Source: Oscillospiraceae bacterium (lineage in GTDB: Bacteria > Bacillota > Clostridia > Oscillospirales > Ruminococcaceae). From it: a DNA stretch of 64,000 bases. The notes under the pieces are model-generated. The model did no database searches. It had not been told where the DNA came from and was given only the letters and a program-made list of their open reading frames with translations. How positions within the stretch are numbered: the first letter of the stretch is position 1; the number at the start of each line of letters is the position of its first letter. Positions 35,372 through 45,954 of this stretch are shown piece by piece. The translations under genes and the position numbers were made by a program. The stretch is from positions 483 to 64,482 of the forward strand of contig JAZUJY010000152.1 of NCBI GenBank assembly GCA_045643005.1, given 5' to 3'.

Positions 35372-38002
35372 CTATCTCATTTCATTTGAATTAACTATAT
35401 CTGAAGATGTTTCGTAAAGACGTTTTATCCATGGACGAGCACAGCCAATACTGATCAAAATATTTGTAATGAATGTAAATGCACTTACTCCTATGGCCGG
35501 AAGGATCATTTTAAATACAATGTCATTAAATTCTTTTACATCCATCTGATCAGGTGAATACAGGAATGACAGATATATTCCGACGCCTAATAAAACACCG
35601 ATAACACTTGAAATTGCAGTAAACAGAATAACCTCACGGAAAACTGAACGATTGATCTGCTTTTTCGTCATGCCCTGACATCTCATGATAAAATATTCTC
35701 TCTGTGAATTCATCGTTCTTGTATTCGTAAGATTTACAGAAGTGATAACTCCTGCAAGCCAAAGCAAAACTGCAAAAACAATAAATGTTTCAAACACAGC
35801 CTTTGGAAATTTTGTTTTTCCTGATGATTTAAGATAACAGTCTTCATATTCAAAAATATTATCATTTTTGTCGATGATCTCGCGGAATAATGTTTTGGCT
35901 GTATCATAATCAGATTTATCCGAAGTCGTCAGACTTACACTTACAACTCCGCATCTGATATCATTCATCATTTCTTCAGGTACCAGCATCCATTCATCAA
36001 TTGTAACATAAAGCTTTTCAGCTTTGAACATAACTCCTAATATATCTGCTTTAATAGTTCCAAAATCCACATATGTATCCGGACTGATCATCGAGGATGG
36101 CGCAAAGCAGGTTTCCATGATTCCGGTAAATCCCTGCATTTCATTATTATCATCCATATCAAAGCTTGTAGCTAATCTGGAAGTCATCACAATTCCGTTT
36201 TGTGCTCCTGAAAAATCATCATATGAAATATTTGTATACTTTTCATATTTGTCTTCATATTGCTGTCTGTTTACAGGAATTATATAAACAGCACCGTCTT
36301 CTGTATCAGTAAAATAAGTATCAACAACCGATCGTGTCCTGTCATCAAGTGCGTTGATCTCACAATAGGATACTGTTTTCGGAATTACAGCAGAGAAAAC
36401 AGATGAATCAGAAAAATCTTCATAAACATCATTAAGTGTTGTATTCAGATAAGATATGGTAAAATCTTCAGGATATGTTTCCTTTTCAGACATCTGATCT
36501 ATCATTTTAATTACAGAAAAGCCAAACAAAAATGTTATAACAAGAACAGTTGTGCTTACAGAGCAGGCAAAAACTGAAAAGGCAAATTTTCCTTTTGTTC
36601 TTCCTATATTTTTTCTAACAAACGAAGAAATAAACTGTCCCGGAGTCTTGTCAAGAACTGCATTTTTTCTCTTGGACTCAGGCTTGCTGCTGCCTGAAGC
36701 AGCTCCATAGCTTGCAGCCTGTGCAAGAGTTTTCTTTTTTGTCGGAAGAACAGCGGATGTATAAGACGATATTATCAGACTTATAAAACAGAAAACAACA
36801 GCAGCAGCTATAAGCAGCGGATGTACATAAAAGACAATTGCCGGTACACCTGATTTTTTTAATAAATTAAAGATCAGATCTGAAAACAGATATGAACACA
36901 CTGTTCCCGGAATAACAGCTGTAATGCCGTAAAATATAGCTTCTGTAAGTGTAAGAACCGTAATATGTTTTTTCTGTGCACCTACTATTTTTAAGAGATT
37001 AAGTTTTCTGTTTCTCTCAGTTACGGATATTTCAAATGCGTTGTCAATTACAAGTCTCGTATACAGCCATAAAGCAATTAAAAATACGACAAGCATCACA
37101 AAATACTTCAGGAAGAATGAGGCATCAACAAGTGCTTTTCCTTCCACAAGCAAAAGTTCCTTATTAAAACCGTTCGGGTCATTTCTTACATCGTACTGAT
37201 CCTTTGAAGGATCTATCTGTTTAACGATATCATCAACGGATTTCCAGAAGTTTGAATCATCCTTTATTGTCATTGCTGCTTTATTGCTTAATGTTGAATT
37301 TGATACATACCCCTGATTTGAAGTGATAAGATCGCGTATGATAACATCTCTGTAATATGTATATACAGGAAAAACGCTGTCATCCGTAACGGTAGAAAAG
37401 CCTTCGATCGTATACATTCCTGATACTGTTTTTCCTCTTGTACCGTCTTTTACAGGAGTAAATGCGATCAGGATCCTGTCTCCTATTTTATAATCGTAAT
37501 TTTTGTATAATTCAGGAAGTACAATACCATCTTCCTTTTTTACTTCAATACACTTTTTATGAGTAAGTGTTTCATTTGTAATTGTTCCGGTGATAAATTT
37601 CTGAACAATTCCCGGAACATTTACGATCATGCCGTTATCAACATTTACCTCTATATAGTTTTTTGAAATGTCAAATGTTTCAGAATTGACATCATCCACT
37701 GAAGCCGCATATGTATTTACTGCACCGTAATACATGTAATCCTTGACATCAGGATGATGCTTAAGAACATTTACACCTTCTCTCTGATCCGGCAAACCTG
37801 CAAATATCTGACTGAGATTTACCTCTTCAAATCCGGTTTTATATTCTATCAGATATTTTTCATAGCTCTTTAAAAGACTGTTTCCGATTATCAGACTGAT
37901 AGTCAAAACAAACGCTGCAAGAAAAACACTGATATAGGTCAATAATGTTCTGAATTTTTGCCGCTTTATATACTTTAGCGAAAGAGAAATTATATACTTC
38001 AT
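35372..38002 (-). CDS. ABC transporter permease, FtsX/MacB-type (two FtsX-like TM modules with large extracytoplasmic domains)
   Basis: 876 aa. Several TM clusters are separated by large soluble domains. It lies immediately downstream (2 nt) of the MacB-type ATPase gene. Confidence 0.8.
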   Translation of the reverse strand: MKYIISLSLKYIKRQKFRTLLTYISVFLAAFVLTISLIIGNSLLKSYEKYLIEYKTGFEEVNLSQIFAGLPDQREGVNVLKHHPDVKDYMYYGAVNTYAASVDDVNSETFDISKNYIEVNVDNGMIVNVPGIVQKFITGTITNETLTHKKCIEVKKEDGIVLPELYKNYDYKIGDRILIAFTPVKDGTRGKTVSGMYTIEGFSTVTDDSVFPVYTYYRDVIIRDLITSNQGYVSNSTLSNKAAMTIKDDSNFWKSVDDIVKQIDPSKDQYDVRNDPNGFNKELLLVEGKALVDASFFLKYFVMLVVFLIALWLYTRLVIDNAFEISVTERNRKLNLLKIVGAQKKHITVLTLTEAIFYGITAVIPGTVCSYLFSDLIFNLLKKSGVPAIVFYVHPLLIAAAVVFCFISLIISSYTSAVLPTKKKTLAQAASYGAASGSSKPESKRKNAVLDKTPGQFISSFVRKNIGRTKGKFAFSVFACSVSTTVLVITFLFGFSVIKMIDQMSEKETYPEDFTISYLNTTLNDVYEDFSDSSVFSAVIPKTVSYCEINALDDRTRSVVDTYFTDTEDGAVYIIPVNRQQYEDKYEKYTNISYDDFSGAQNGIVMTSRLATSFDMDDNNEMQGFTGIMETCFAPSSMISPDTYVDFGTIKADILGVMFKAEKLYVTIDEWMLVPEEMMNDIRCGVVSVSLTTSDKSDYDTAKTLFREIIDKNDNIFEYEDCYLKSSGKTKFPKAVFETFIVFAVLLWLAGVITSVNLTNTRTMNSQREYFIMRCQGMTKKQINRSVFREVILFTAISSVIGVLLGVGIYLSFLYSPDQMDVKEFNDIVFKMILPAIGVSAFTFITNILISIGCARPWIKRLYETSSDIVNSNEMR

Positions 38003-38004
38003 TA

Positions 38005-38691
38005 TTATTCTTTTCCTTTCAGTGTAAGCTTTCCGTCATTCATAAGATATTGAGTGTCTGCCTCAAGGGCGATTTTCTGATCATGCGTAATAAGAACAAG
38101 TGCCTGCTTATATTTTTCAACTGAATTTTTTAATATTGATATTACTTCTTTGCTGTTTTTGTTATCAAGATTTCCAGTTGGTTCATCAGCGAGAATGATT
38201 TCCGGCTTATGAATCAGTGCTCGTACAAAAGCAACTCTCTGCTGCTGACCGCCTGACATCTCATGAGGATATCTTTTTCTCAGAGCTGATAGTCCGGACA
38301 TTTCCAGAAGTTCATCAAGGTATGCCTTATCGACCTTCTGATTGTCAAGATTTAACGGAAGAACAATATTTTCCTCAGCTGTCAGAACAGGTATCAGATT
38401 AAATGTCTGAAAAATAAAACCTGTATGCTTTCTTCTGTACTCAGCAAGCTGATCGTCAGTCATGGACGTCAGTTCAGATTTTCCAAACGTTACTTTTCCT
38501 GATTCAGGAAGGTCAAGTGATCCGAGAATATTCAAAAGGGTGGATTTTCCGCTTCCGCTTTCTCCGGTAACTGATACAAATTCGCCCTTTCTTATTTCAA
38601 TGCTTACATCATCAAGTGCTTTTACTTCTGTTTCACCTGAACCATATGTCTTAATAAGATTCTCCGCTTTTAAAATTACTTCATCTGTCAT
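38005..38691 (-). CDS. ABC transporter ATP-binding protein (MacB/LolD-like)
   Basis: Walker A is GESGSGKSTLLN, the signature is MSGGQQQRVAFVRAL, and Walker B is IILADEPTGNLD. Confidence 0.95.
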   Translation of the reverse strand: MTDEVILKAENLIKTYGSGETEVKALDDVSIEIRKGEFVSVTGESGSGKSTLLNILGSLDLPESGKVTFGKSELTSMTDDQLAEYRRKHTGFIFQTFNLIPVLTAEENIVLPLNLDNQKVDKAYLDELLEMSGLSALRKRYPHEMSGGQQQRVAFVRALIHKPEIILADEPTGNLDNKNSKEVISILKNSVEKYKQALVLITHDQKIALEADTQYLMNDGKLTLKGKE

Positions 38692-38757
38692 TTTTATACC
38701 AACTTCCTGTTATTATTATTCAAAGCTATACTATTATAATAGTATAGTATAGTATAT

Positions 38758-39069
38758 TTATTCAATAAAAAAAACTTCCCCCGTCATTTCTCCTTCAATG
38801 GAAAACGTCGCTTCATAAAAGCCAATATTGCTGCCTCCGGGATAGCACATCCTGAACTTTAATATGATCTGTTCTTCGTCAGTTTTCTCTTTGATCCTGT
38901 ATGAAATACTATACAGATATGATTCAAGCGAATTCCTGTCAAAAATACCGAATGCCGCACTTTCTTCAGCTTCTTCAAGCAGATATTTGTCGAATCTGTT
39001 TCCAAATGTTTCCCATGCTCTGTTCTTCAGATCATACTTATCAACAATACTTTCAAGTAAATCCTTCAT
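38758..39069 (-). CDS. Hypothetical protein (103 aa) upstream of the ABC pair
   Basis: ATG at 39069 has GGGGAGGG ~8 nt upstream; the track start at 39087 is TTG. Confidence 0.45.
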   Translation of the reverse strand: MKDLLESIVDKYDLKNRAWETFGNRFDKYLLEEAEESAAFGIFDRNSLESYLYSISYRIKEKTDEEQIILKFRMCYPGGSNIGFYEATFSIEGEMTGEVFFIE

Positions 39070-39256
39070 ATCATAATCCCTCCCCAAAACACTATATTAT
39101 GATTTGAATATAGTATTCTATTATATTATAATATATTATGTAACAAAAAGAAATAGAAATTTAATATAATTTTAAAAAAATTCCAACAGTTGAAAACATT
39201 TATGTTTCATGCTATAATATAATAGTATATATTATTTCAAAAGGAGTATTCGAAAA

Positions 39257-39988
39257 ATGAAAATAAATAGTCAACGTATATTCTCTCTGATCATTGCATT
39301 TACTTCTGTTCTGACTTTATCTTCATGCAAACCAAAAGATCCCGAAACAAGTGTAAGCAGCGCAAAATATCAAAAGCCTTCAAGAACTATCCGCACACCT
39401 GATGTCGAAGATATGAAAGAAGGAAAGCTATACGTTTCAACTGACAGAATTTTCATGGGGCAGATAAACACTGTTCTGTTTGAAATAAAACTGGATCCTG
39501 AGATCGTAAAAAAGGGTGACGATACTCTGGTCTACTCAAGCGCCCCTCTCGGACAGCTTCATGATGATGGAAAAGACGGAGACCGTGAAGCAAATGACGG
39601 AATATATTCTCTTTACTATGAAGAAGATTCCGCAGTCGGAGATGATGCAGGTGAATTCAACTGCTTTGTTGGCATTTCGGCCGATGCTGAAGTTATTTTC
39701 AAAAGCGACGAAGTTAAGATGAAGCTTTACGAACCTCTTGAATCATCAGATTACGAAGAACAAAACAGAATGTACTCCGAATTATCAAAGATCTATGACC
39801 CTTTCCTTGAATTTGGCGGAATTCCGTCTGAAAAAACCAAAGACGCCTATGAAGCTGTAGCAAAAGCTGCTGAAGACATGAAAAAGGAAGGAAAAGTTGA
39901 CAACGTAATTACGGATCCGGACAATTACTCTGTTCGAATAGTACTGAAAAGCGGTCTTCTTTGTGATTATCAGCTTATGCCGTACTGA
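39257..39988 (+). CDS. Lipoprotein, unknown function
   Basis: MKINSQRIFSLIIAFTSVLTLSSC carries a lipobox. SD is AAGGAG. Confidence 0.6.
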   Translation: MKINSQRIFSLIIAFTSVLTLSSCKPKDPETSVSSAKYQKPSRTIRTPDVEDMKEGKLYVSTDRIFMGQINTVLFEIKLDPEIVKKGDDTLVYSSAPLGQLHDDGKDGDREANDGIYSLYYEEDSAVGDDAGEFNCFVGISADAEVIFKSDEVKMKLYEPLESSDYEEQNRMYSELSKIYDPFLEFGGIPSEKTKDAYEAVAKAAEDMKKEGKVDNVITDPDNYSVRIVLKSGLLCDYQLMPY

Positions 39989-40010
39989 TTTTTGATTATT
40001 TACAAATAAA

Positions 40011-40082
40011 CCCGACTAAATGATAACTTTTCATGATAAAGTATTTATCTGAAAATAGAATCATTTTGTCGGGTATTTTTTT
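40011..40082 (+). terminator. Terminator-like long hairpin
   Basis: CCCGACTAAATGAT...ATCATTTTGTCGGG followed by TATTTTTTT. The loop is large. Confidence 0.4.
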
Positions 40083-40184
40083 ATTTATTGTCAGTCAATT
40101 TAATTGACAAACCAAAACCAGCCGAGCAGTCGACTGGTCGTTTTGGTGTGTCTATCACATTAAAATTGGAGGTTAATATCATAA

Positions 40185-40273
40185 TTCAAAGCTCTGCTTT
40201 TAACAAGCAGAGGCGATTCGCAGAATCGGTTCCCGCCGCCTGCAGAGGCGGGGATATCCTCTGTGTTGTTATA
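40185..40273 (+). repeat. Intergenic repeat, medium copy B (lacks the 15-bp-stem module)
   Basis: TTCAAAGCTCTGCTTTTAACAAGCAGAGGCGATTCGCAGAATCGGTTCCCGCCGCCTGCAGAGGCGGGGATATCCTCTGTGTTGTTATA. Confidence 0.9.
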
Positions 40274-40514
40274 AAATAATATCTTTCTATTTCATTTTAT
40301 CATAATTATGATTTTTTTGCTATTATCTTTGTTTACAAATAAGCTATGATTTCTTTCTCTTATCGGATTAAAATTAAATAATTAAAGGTCTTGAAAAAAA
40401 TTATATATTTTTTTAATAAATGAAACTCCCCTCATATTCATTGACAATGTCATGAACATAAGGGGAGTTTCTGGAATATATGAATAAAAACAAAGAAAAT
40501 AGCAGAATTATTTC

Positions 40515-43130
40515 TTATTCTCCAAGAATAAGACTTTTTAAAGTGATCATATCAAGAATGCTGACTTTTCCGTCTGAATTAACATCAAAAGAATTTGAAT
40601 ACGAAGTCAGTCCGATAAGATACTTCTTTAATAGAATAATATCTGATGCATTGATCATTCCGTCAGAGTTTAGATCTCCTTTAACAGATGTATCAGCAAA
40701 TGATGTACTTTCGCCCTCTTTTACAAAAACAGGCTCTGCTGTAACACTTGATTTCAATGAGATCTGAACTTCACTGCCTGAAATAGTTCTTCCGTCTGAG
40801 AGCTTCCAGCCTGATACTTCATAGCCTTCCTTCGGAATTGCTTTCACCGGCACAGGACAATCTGAAAAATATTTTCCTGTATATGAACCGTCTGTTCTTG
40901 TTGTTCCGACTATAACACTTCCATACTGGGAATCATTTTTTACTGTCAGTGAAACAAGATCGCCGGATATCTTAAGTGTTGATTTAAGTGAAGATACTAT
41001 ATTTGAATATCTGCTGTCAAAGAAAGATTTTACCTTGCTTACTTCACTTGAAAAATTATCTTTTCCATAGAAAGTTTTCATGGTATCAGATGCAAAATCT
41101 TTATAGTATGAGGATAATTCACTAATTAATGAATCCACTCTTGAAGAATTAAAATTGTTGTTCGCTATATCCATAAACGAAGCAGCAAACATGTTTTTAA
41201 ACTTGTCATTTTTCAGAGCACCGTTTAAAAGATCTGAAATAAACGAGTTTCCCTTCATTATCTGGCTGAAAGTATTTGTATTTGCAGGGATCTGACCATA
41301 CATATTTGCGCTGTATTCAGTATCAAACATATTAAAGCGCCATCTTCCATCCATATACTGGTTGCTTTCTTTAATTTTATTTGATTTCCACATGGAAACA
41401 TTATTTGATCCCCAGTCTTTGTTGCCTATATAAATGTTGCTGCTCATATAATCAGCAAAGCATTCCATATCGACTTTTGAACAGAGCTCTTCATATGCTG
41501 AGTCATCACTGAAATCTGTAGACTTTACCCATGACCAGAGATTTTTGAAATCTTTGTAATCCTCATCATCGCCTTCTTCAAGCTTCTGGTTCTTGATGAT
41601 AACTACACTCTTTTTGCTGACATCGAGATGGGAATTGATATAGTCGGGACTAACCTTTTCAGTGATCTCCATATGTCCGTAGAAAGCACCATTAATAAAC
41701 ACAATACACGGTTCCATTCCCTGAGTAAGGAAATTTCTGTCTGAAACAAGTGTCTGATTGATCTTGTCTCTTATTCTTGTTGATTCGTTATCGTTTCCGC
41801 CGTTTCTGAGAATAAAGCTGTCAAATTTTTTTATTGATTTTCCGTTATCTTCACTTTTTACATTTCCTGAAAAAAGATCATACTCAAACTCAGATGCACC
41901 GTAATCACTTCTTGCATAAACGTTCAGACTCTTCTGATTGAATCTTCTTGTATATCCGCCATGGATCCTGATACCAACATTCTGTTCGTAAGAATAGTCA
42001 TAGCCTGAAAAGATCTGAAGATTTGCCGGTCTTTCCCATTCTCTTCCTGAGCCTTCATAATTTTTGAATATACCTGTTTTACTGTCGTACAGATTTGACG
42101 AATCGGTAACTATAGAAATCACTTTAACGTTCTGATAATATGATTTCGATCCTTTTAATCCTATAAAATAAACTCCGCAAACCGGTTCACTGACATTTCC
42201 TTCACTGTCAACAGCAACTGCACGTACTATATATGCTGATTTTGAACCGCCTGCCTGTGCTCCGCCGGGCTCTTTTTCTCCGTTCGGAGCCGGCTGATTT
42301 TCCGGTCTTCTCTCAGGCTCTCCGCCCTGATGATTACCTTCTTCGGGTCTGTGTTCTTCCCTGTGTTCATCCTCCCTGTGCTCTTCTCTGTGTTCATCCT
42401 GTTTTTCCTCATTCTGAGGCTTGGATACAGTAAGTGCTCCGGTGTATTCCGTCGATGAAACAGATGGAGTCGAGTAATCGGTCGTATAGTATATTTTGTT
42501 GCCCTGAGCTGATGACAATGTCAGTTCAAATTCATTATCATAAAAACCACTTGGTACTGAAAGTACAGGAGGTGCAACATACTTTTGCTTTACTTCCGAA
42601 TTACTGTTTGATTCACCGGGTGAAAGAGAAAGAACTGCAAATGAATCCGAACCGTCAGATACTCTTCCGAATGAAGTGTCTGCATCAAGAACACCAAATG
42701 TGACCTGATCCACGATACCTCCGTCCGGTGACATCAGTGAAACTGTTTCACCATCAGTCGACAATCCGAAATATCCGGTGTACTGACCATCAAGGGTAAA
42801 TTCCTTGGAATTCAGATATACAACGACTTTTGATCCTGCTTTTATAACAGAACCATCAGGGAAAACAAATCTGAAAGGTTTGGTTTCATCGTCAGTCAGT
42901 CCATAGCCACCGATATTTATATCATTTCCGGTAGGATTGTATAATTCTACATAATCATAGCAGTTTCCATCCTTTGAAGAAACGGTAGTATTTTTGGCAC
43001 AGACTTCATTGATAACTAAGCTTCCCGAAGCTGCATTTACAGCATGATCAGGAACACAGACAGCTGATGATGTTACAGCAAGGAATGCCGAACAGCTGAC
43101 TGCTGTAATCTTCTTTTTGATATTTTGCAT
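40515..43130 (-). CDS. Cellulosomal CotH-kinase-family protein: signal peptide, lamin-tail domain, CotH domain, C-terminal dockerin
   Basis: The LTD is LVINEVCAKN...YDYVELYNPTGNDINIGGYGLTDD. The CotH block is FILRNGGNDNESTRIRDKINQTLV...CIVFINGAFYGHMEITEKV. The dockerin is VKGDLNSDGMINASDIILLKKYL...DVNSDGKVSILDMITLKSLI. Confidence 0.85.
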   Translation of the reverse strand: MQNIKKKITAVSCSAFLAVTSSAVCVPDHAVNAASGSLVINEVCAKNTTVSSKDGNCYDYVELYNPTGNDINIGGYGLTDDETKPFRFVFPDGSVIKAGSKVVVYLNSKEFTLDGQYTGYFGLSTDGETVSLMSPDGGIVDQVTFGVLDADTSFGRVSDGSDSFAVLSLSPGESNSNSEVKQKYVAPPVLSVPSGFYDNEFELTLSSAQGNKIYYTTDYSTPSVSSTEYTGALTVSKPQNEEKQDEHREEHREDEHREEHRPEEGNHQGGEPERRPENQPAPNGEKEPGGAQAGGSKSAYIVRAVAVDSEGNVSEPVCGVYFIGLKGSKSYYQNVKVISIVTDSSNLYDSKTGIFKNYEGSGREWERPANLQIFSGYDYSYEQNVGIRIHGGYTRRFNQKSLNVYARSDYGASEFEYDLFSGNVKSEDNGKSIKKFDSFILRNGGNDNESTRIRDKINQTLVSDRNFLTQGMEPCIVFINGAFYGHMEITEKVSPDYINSHLDVSKKSVVIIKNQKLEEGDDEDYKDFKNLWSWVKSTDFSDDSAYEELCSKVDMECFADYMSSNIYIGNKDWGSNNVSMWKSNKIKESNQYMDGRWRFNMFDTEYSANMYGQIPANTNTFSQIMKGNSFISDLLNGALKNDKFKNMFAASFMDIANNNFNSSRVDSLISELSSYYKDFASDTMKTFYGKDNFSSEVSKVKSFFDSRYSNIVSSLKSTLKISGDLVSLTVKNDSQYGSVIVGTTRTDGSYTGKYFSDCPVPVKAIPKEGYEVSGWKLSDGRTISGSEVQISLKSSVTAEPVFVKEGESTSFADTSVKGDLNSDGMINASDIILLKKYLIGLTSYSNSFDVNSDGKVSILDMITLKSLILGE

Positions 43131-43227
43131 TTGCGATCCTCCAGACCCGGTTAAAAAGTAATAATAATCATAATTTCATAATTTTAAAATCTGATACTTT
43201 CTATCATTTTTTTATCCTGAAATAAGA

Positions 43228-43270
43228 TGCACCGGAAACTAAAAAAGTTCCCGGTGCATTTTATTTTTTA
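43228..43270. terminator. Hairpin between the regulator gene and the CotH gene
   Basis: TGCACCGGAA.C / G.TTCCGGTGCA. The T-run (TTTTATTTTTT) is on the plus-strand side only, so its orientation is ambiguous relative to the minus-strand genes. Confidence 0.45.
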
Positions 43271-43319
43271 TATCAATAACATTTGTTTTTTTATAACTTT
43301 TTACTTATAACATATTTTC

Positions 43320-44369
43320 TCATGAACTTTCTTTTTCAGCAAAAGTCCATGATACTTTTTCAGAATAGACCTTTTTATCGTTAAGGACATCTATCAGCTT
43401 CTGTGCAGCTATTCGTCCTATGTTCTTATCACCATGTGAAAGAGATGAGATCCTTACGGGTGAAATATCGCTCATTTTACTGTTGTCAAAGCTGACTACA
43501 GCAACGTCTTCCGGAACACCAATATCATGGCTCAGAAGGATCTTGATCAGTGAAAAAGCTATCTCATCATTATAGCATACGATCGCTGTAGCACCTTCTA
43601 TTCGTGAAAGCAGATCTGCGCTGTCACTGAACATAAGCTCCTTCGATTCAGTTGTATACCAGATAACCTTTTCATCAGGAACCAGCATTCCTGCATCTCT
43701 CAGAGAAGTTATAAATCCGGAGTATCTGTCATGGCCCTGAAGGTCATCACTTTTAAAAATTCCTGCTATGTTCCTGTGACCCTTTTCAAGAAGGATATTT
43801 ACAAGATCATATCCGCCCTGATAGTCATCAGCACATACAGATACAGCTCCTTCAATATCACGGCAGCATGCATTGAAAAATACCACAGGAAGATTTCTGC
43901 GGCTTATCTCATCATAAAGATCAAGGTTCGGACTTGGCATTGCAGTTTTTGTTCCTTCGATAAGCAAACCGTCTATAGGTTTTTTCAGCATTTCGTTTAA
44001 CACCGTTCTCTCGTTATACACCTTATTGCCTGTTGCAGCAAGTATAGGAGTATATCCGTTGGCTGACAGAACTGATTCAACAGCTCTCAGCTGTCCTGGA
44101 AAAATATAATCATCTATGTATGTAGCTATGACGGCGATCAGAAAACTCTTTCTTGAACATTTTCCTGTTTTGACTGTTGAACCGCTGCCCTGTCTTTTGA
44201 AAATAAGTTCTTCTGCGACTAAAATATCCAGTGCTTTTCTCACAGTCTGTCTGCTTACTGAGTATATTTCGGACAATTCCTCTTCAGTTGGAAGAGTTTG
44301 TCCCTGTGTGTAAACTCCCGATAAAATCTGCTCTTTGAGCCTTTGTGATACAATCTCAAACTTTCTCAT
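43320..44369 (-). CDS. GntR-family regulator with LacI/PBP-type sugar-binding C-terminal domain (AraR-like architecture)
   Basis: The start MRKFEIVSQRLKEQI is at 44369, with GGGAG 9 nt upstream. The wHTH is LPTEEELSEIYSVSRQTVRKALDILVAEELIFKRQGSGSTV. The C-terminal domain is PBP-type (...VVFFNA...IAGIF...IVCYNDEIAFSLIK...). Confidence 0.85.
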   Translation of the reverse strand: MRKFEIVSQRLKEQILSGVYTQGQTLPTEEELSEIYSVSRQTVRKALDILVAEELIFKRQGSGSTVKTGKCSRKSFLIAVIATYIDDYIFPGQLRAVESVLSANGYTPILAATGNKVYNERTVLNEMLKKPIDGLLIEGTKTAMPSPNLDLYDEISRRNLPVVFFNACCRDIEGAVSVCADDYQGGYDLVNILLEKGHRNIAGIFKSDDLQGHDRYSGFITSLRDAGMLVPDEKVIWYTTESKELMFSDSADLLSRIEGATAIVCYNDEIAFSLIKILLSHDIGVPEDVAVVSFDNSKMSDISPVRISSLSHGDKNIGRIAAQKLIDVLNDKKVYSEKVSWTFAEKESS

Positions 44370-44469
44370 AAAATACAACTCCCACATATATTACATACAA
44401 ATATAATACAACTTTTTTCAAAATATGTCAAGTAAAGTCATTTTTTTAAATTTGTATTTAATTTCTTTT

Positions 44470-44491
44470 TTCAAAGCTCTGTGTTGTTATA
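44470..44491 (+). repeat. 22-bp box TTCAAAGCTCTGTGTTGTTATA
   Basis: Exact string match. It lies in the divergent region between the regulator and the GtrA gene. Confidence 0.85.
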
Positions 44492-44801
44492 AAAATATTG
44501 CTGAAAATAATTAAATTACTATTTTTTTCATACTGTTCAAAAAAATACTTTTTCAGTTCAGAGTTTTTTATCAAATTTAATAAACAATAACTCAAATGAT
44601 ATTTTCCTATTGAAATCTTCAAAAAAATATATTATTATATGCTTTAGGGCTTTTGGAAAATTTTTTTAAAGCTCCGGCATACACAGATTTTACAAAAATA
44701 ACATTTTACAAACCAATTATAAACATAAAACAAACATTTTTTATTTTTATAATTAAACTATAAAAAAAGCGAAATATACAATTTGAAAGCAAGGTGATAT
44801 T

Positions 44802-45263
44802 ATGAAAGAAAAAATCAAAAGGGTTTTTCTTTTTTGCATGTCTTCTTTCTCCTCTTTTCTCATAGATTATCTTTTGTTTAGTCTTTTTGAGTATCTTCTT
44901 CCGGACAGCAAAAATGCTTCCATTGTCGTTATGACTGTTATAGCAAACGTCAGTGCAAGAGTTATCAGTGCAACCTTCAACTACATAGTGAATACAAAAC
45001 TGGTATTCGAAACAGAAAAGAGCATCAAGTCCGCATCTTCTTATTGTGCGTTAGCTCTGTTTATTCTTGTATTCAATACTCTGATCCTCAGTTTACTTAC
45101 AAAATTTGCTCATATTGATCCGTTGATCGGTAAACTAATTACTGAAACCATTATGTTTGTTTTCAGTTACATTATACAGAGCAAGATCATTTTCAGAAAC
45201 AAAGAAGAGAAATGTTATATTAAGAAAGAAATAGGTGAAGGTGTTTATGAAAAAAGATGCTAA
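44802..45263 (+). CDS. GtrA-family membrane protein
   Basis: 153 aa with 4 TM segments. The N-terminus FLIDYLLFSLF is GtrA-like. Its end overlaps the GT2 gene. Confidence 0.65.
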   Translation: MKEKIKRVFLFCMSSFSSFLIDYLLFSLFEYLLPDSKNASIVVMTVIANVSARVISATFNYIVNTKLVFETEKSIKSASSYCALALFILVFNTLILSLLTKFAHIDPLIGKLITETIMFVFSYIIQSKIIFRNKEEKCYIKKEIGEGVYEKRC

Positions 45264-45954
45264 TTTAAAAATTGCTCTGATACCCGCATATCAGCCTGAC
45301 GAAAAACTCGTCACACTAACAAAAGATATCAGAAAAAACGGTTTTTATCCTGTTGTTGTTGATGACGGAAGCGGAAAAAAATACAGAAAATTTTTTGAAG
45401 CTGCAAAAAAATATGCTGACGTATTATCATATTCAGAAAACAAAGGCAAAGGTCATGCGCTGAAAACAGGATTAAAGCATATAAAAAACAAGTTTTCCAA
45501 TGATTATACAGTTGTTACTATCGATTCTGACGGACAGCACACTGTTCCTGATATGCTCAAAACAACTGATGAAGCTATATCAAATCCGGAATCCCTTGTG
45601 ATCGGAGCAAGACAGTTTGACGGCAAGGTACCTTTCAGAAGCAGATTTGGAAACAGCATGACAAGAAAGATCTTTAAACTGAAAACCGGTGCAGTTGTAT
45701 ATGATACGCAGACCGGACTTCGTGCTTTTTCAGATAAACTTACAGATCTTATGCTTTCTGTCGAAGGAGCAAGATATGAGTATGAAATGAACATGCTGCT
45801 CGAATGTGCCTGCAGCGGCAGAAAGATCATAGAAGTACCTATCCATACAATATATATAAACGATAATGAAGGATCTCACTTTGACCCATTGCGTGATTCC
45901 ATAAAAATTTATCGTGAAATATTCAAGTTTAAAAAACACAGGAGGAAAAAGTGA
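45247..45954 (+). CDS. Family 2 glycosyltransferase
   Basis: IALIPAYQPDEKLVTLTKDI...VVVDDGSG...VTIDSDGQH (GT2 DxD-type motifs). I prefer ATG 45247 over GTG 45235. Confidence 0.8.
   Translation: MKKDANLKIALIPAYQPDEKLVTLTKDIRKNGFYPVVVDDGSGKKYRKFFEAAKKYADVLSYSENKGKGHALKTGLKHIKNKFSNDYTVVTIDSDGQHTVPDMLKTTDEAISNPESLVIGARQFDGKVPFRSRFGNSMTRKIFKLKTGAVVYDTQTGLRAFSDKLTDLMLSVEGARYEYEMNMLLECACSGRKIIEVPIHTIYINDNEGSHFDPLRDSIKIYREIFKFKKHRRKK

Noticed and set aside
45504-45939. Minus-strand ORFs 45504..45830 and 45730..45939 lie inside the GT2 gene.
   Set aside because: They are antisense to a gene with clear GT2 motifs and operon-style overlaps, and nothing independent supports them.
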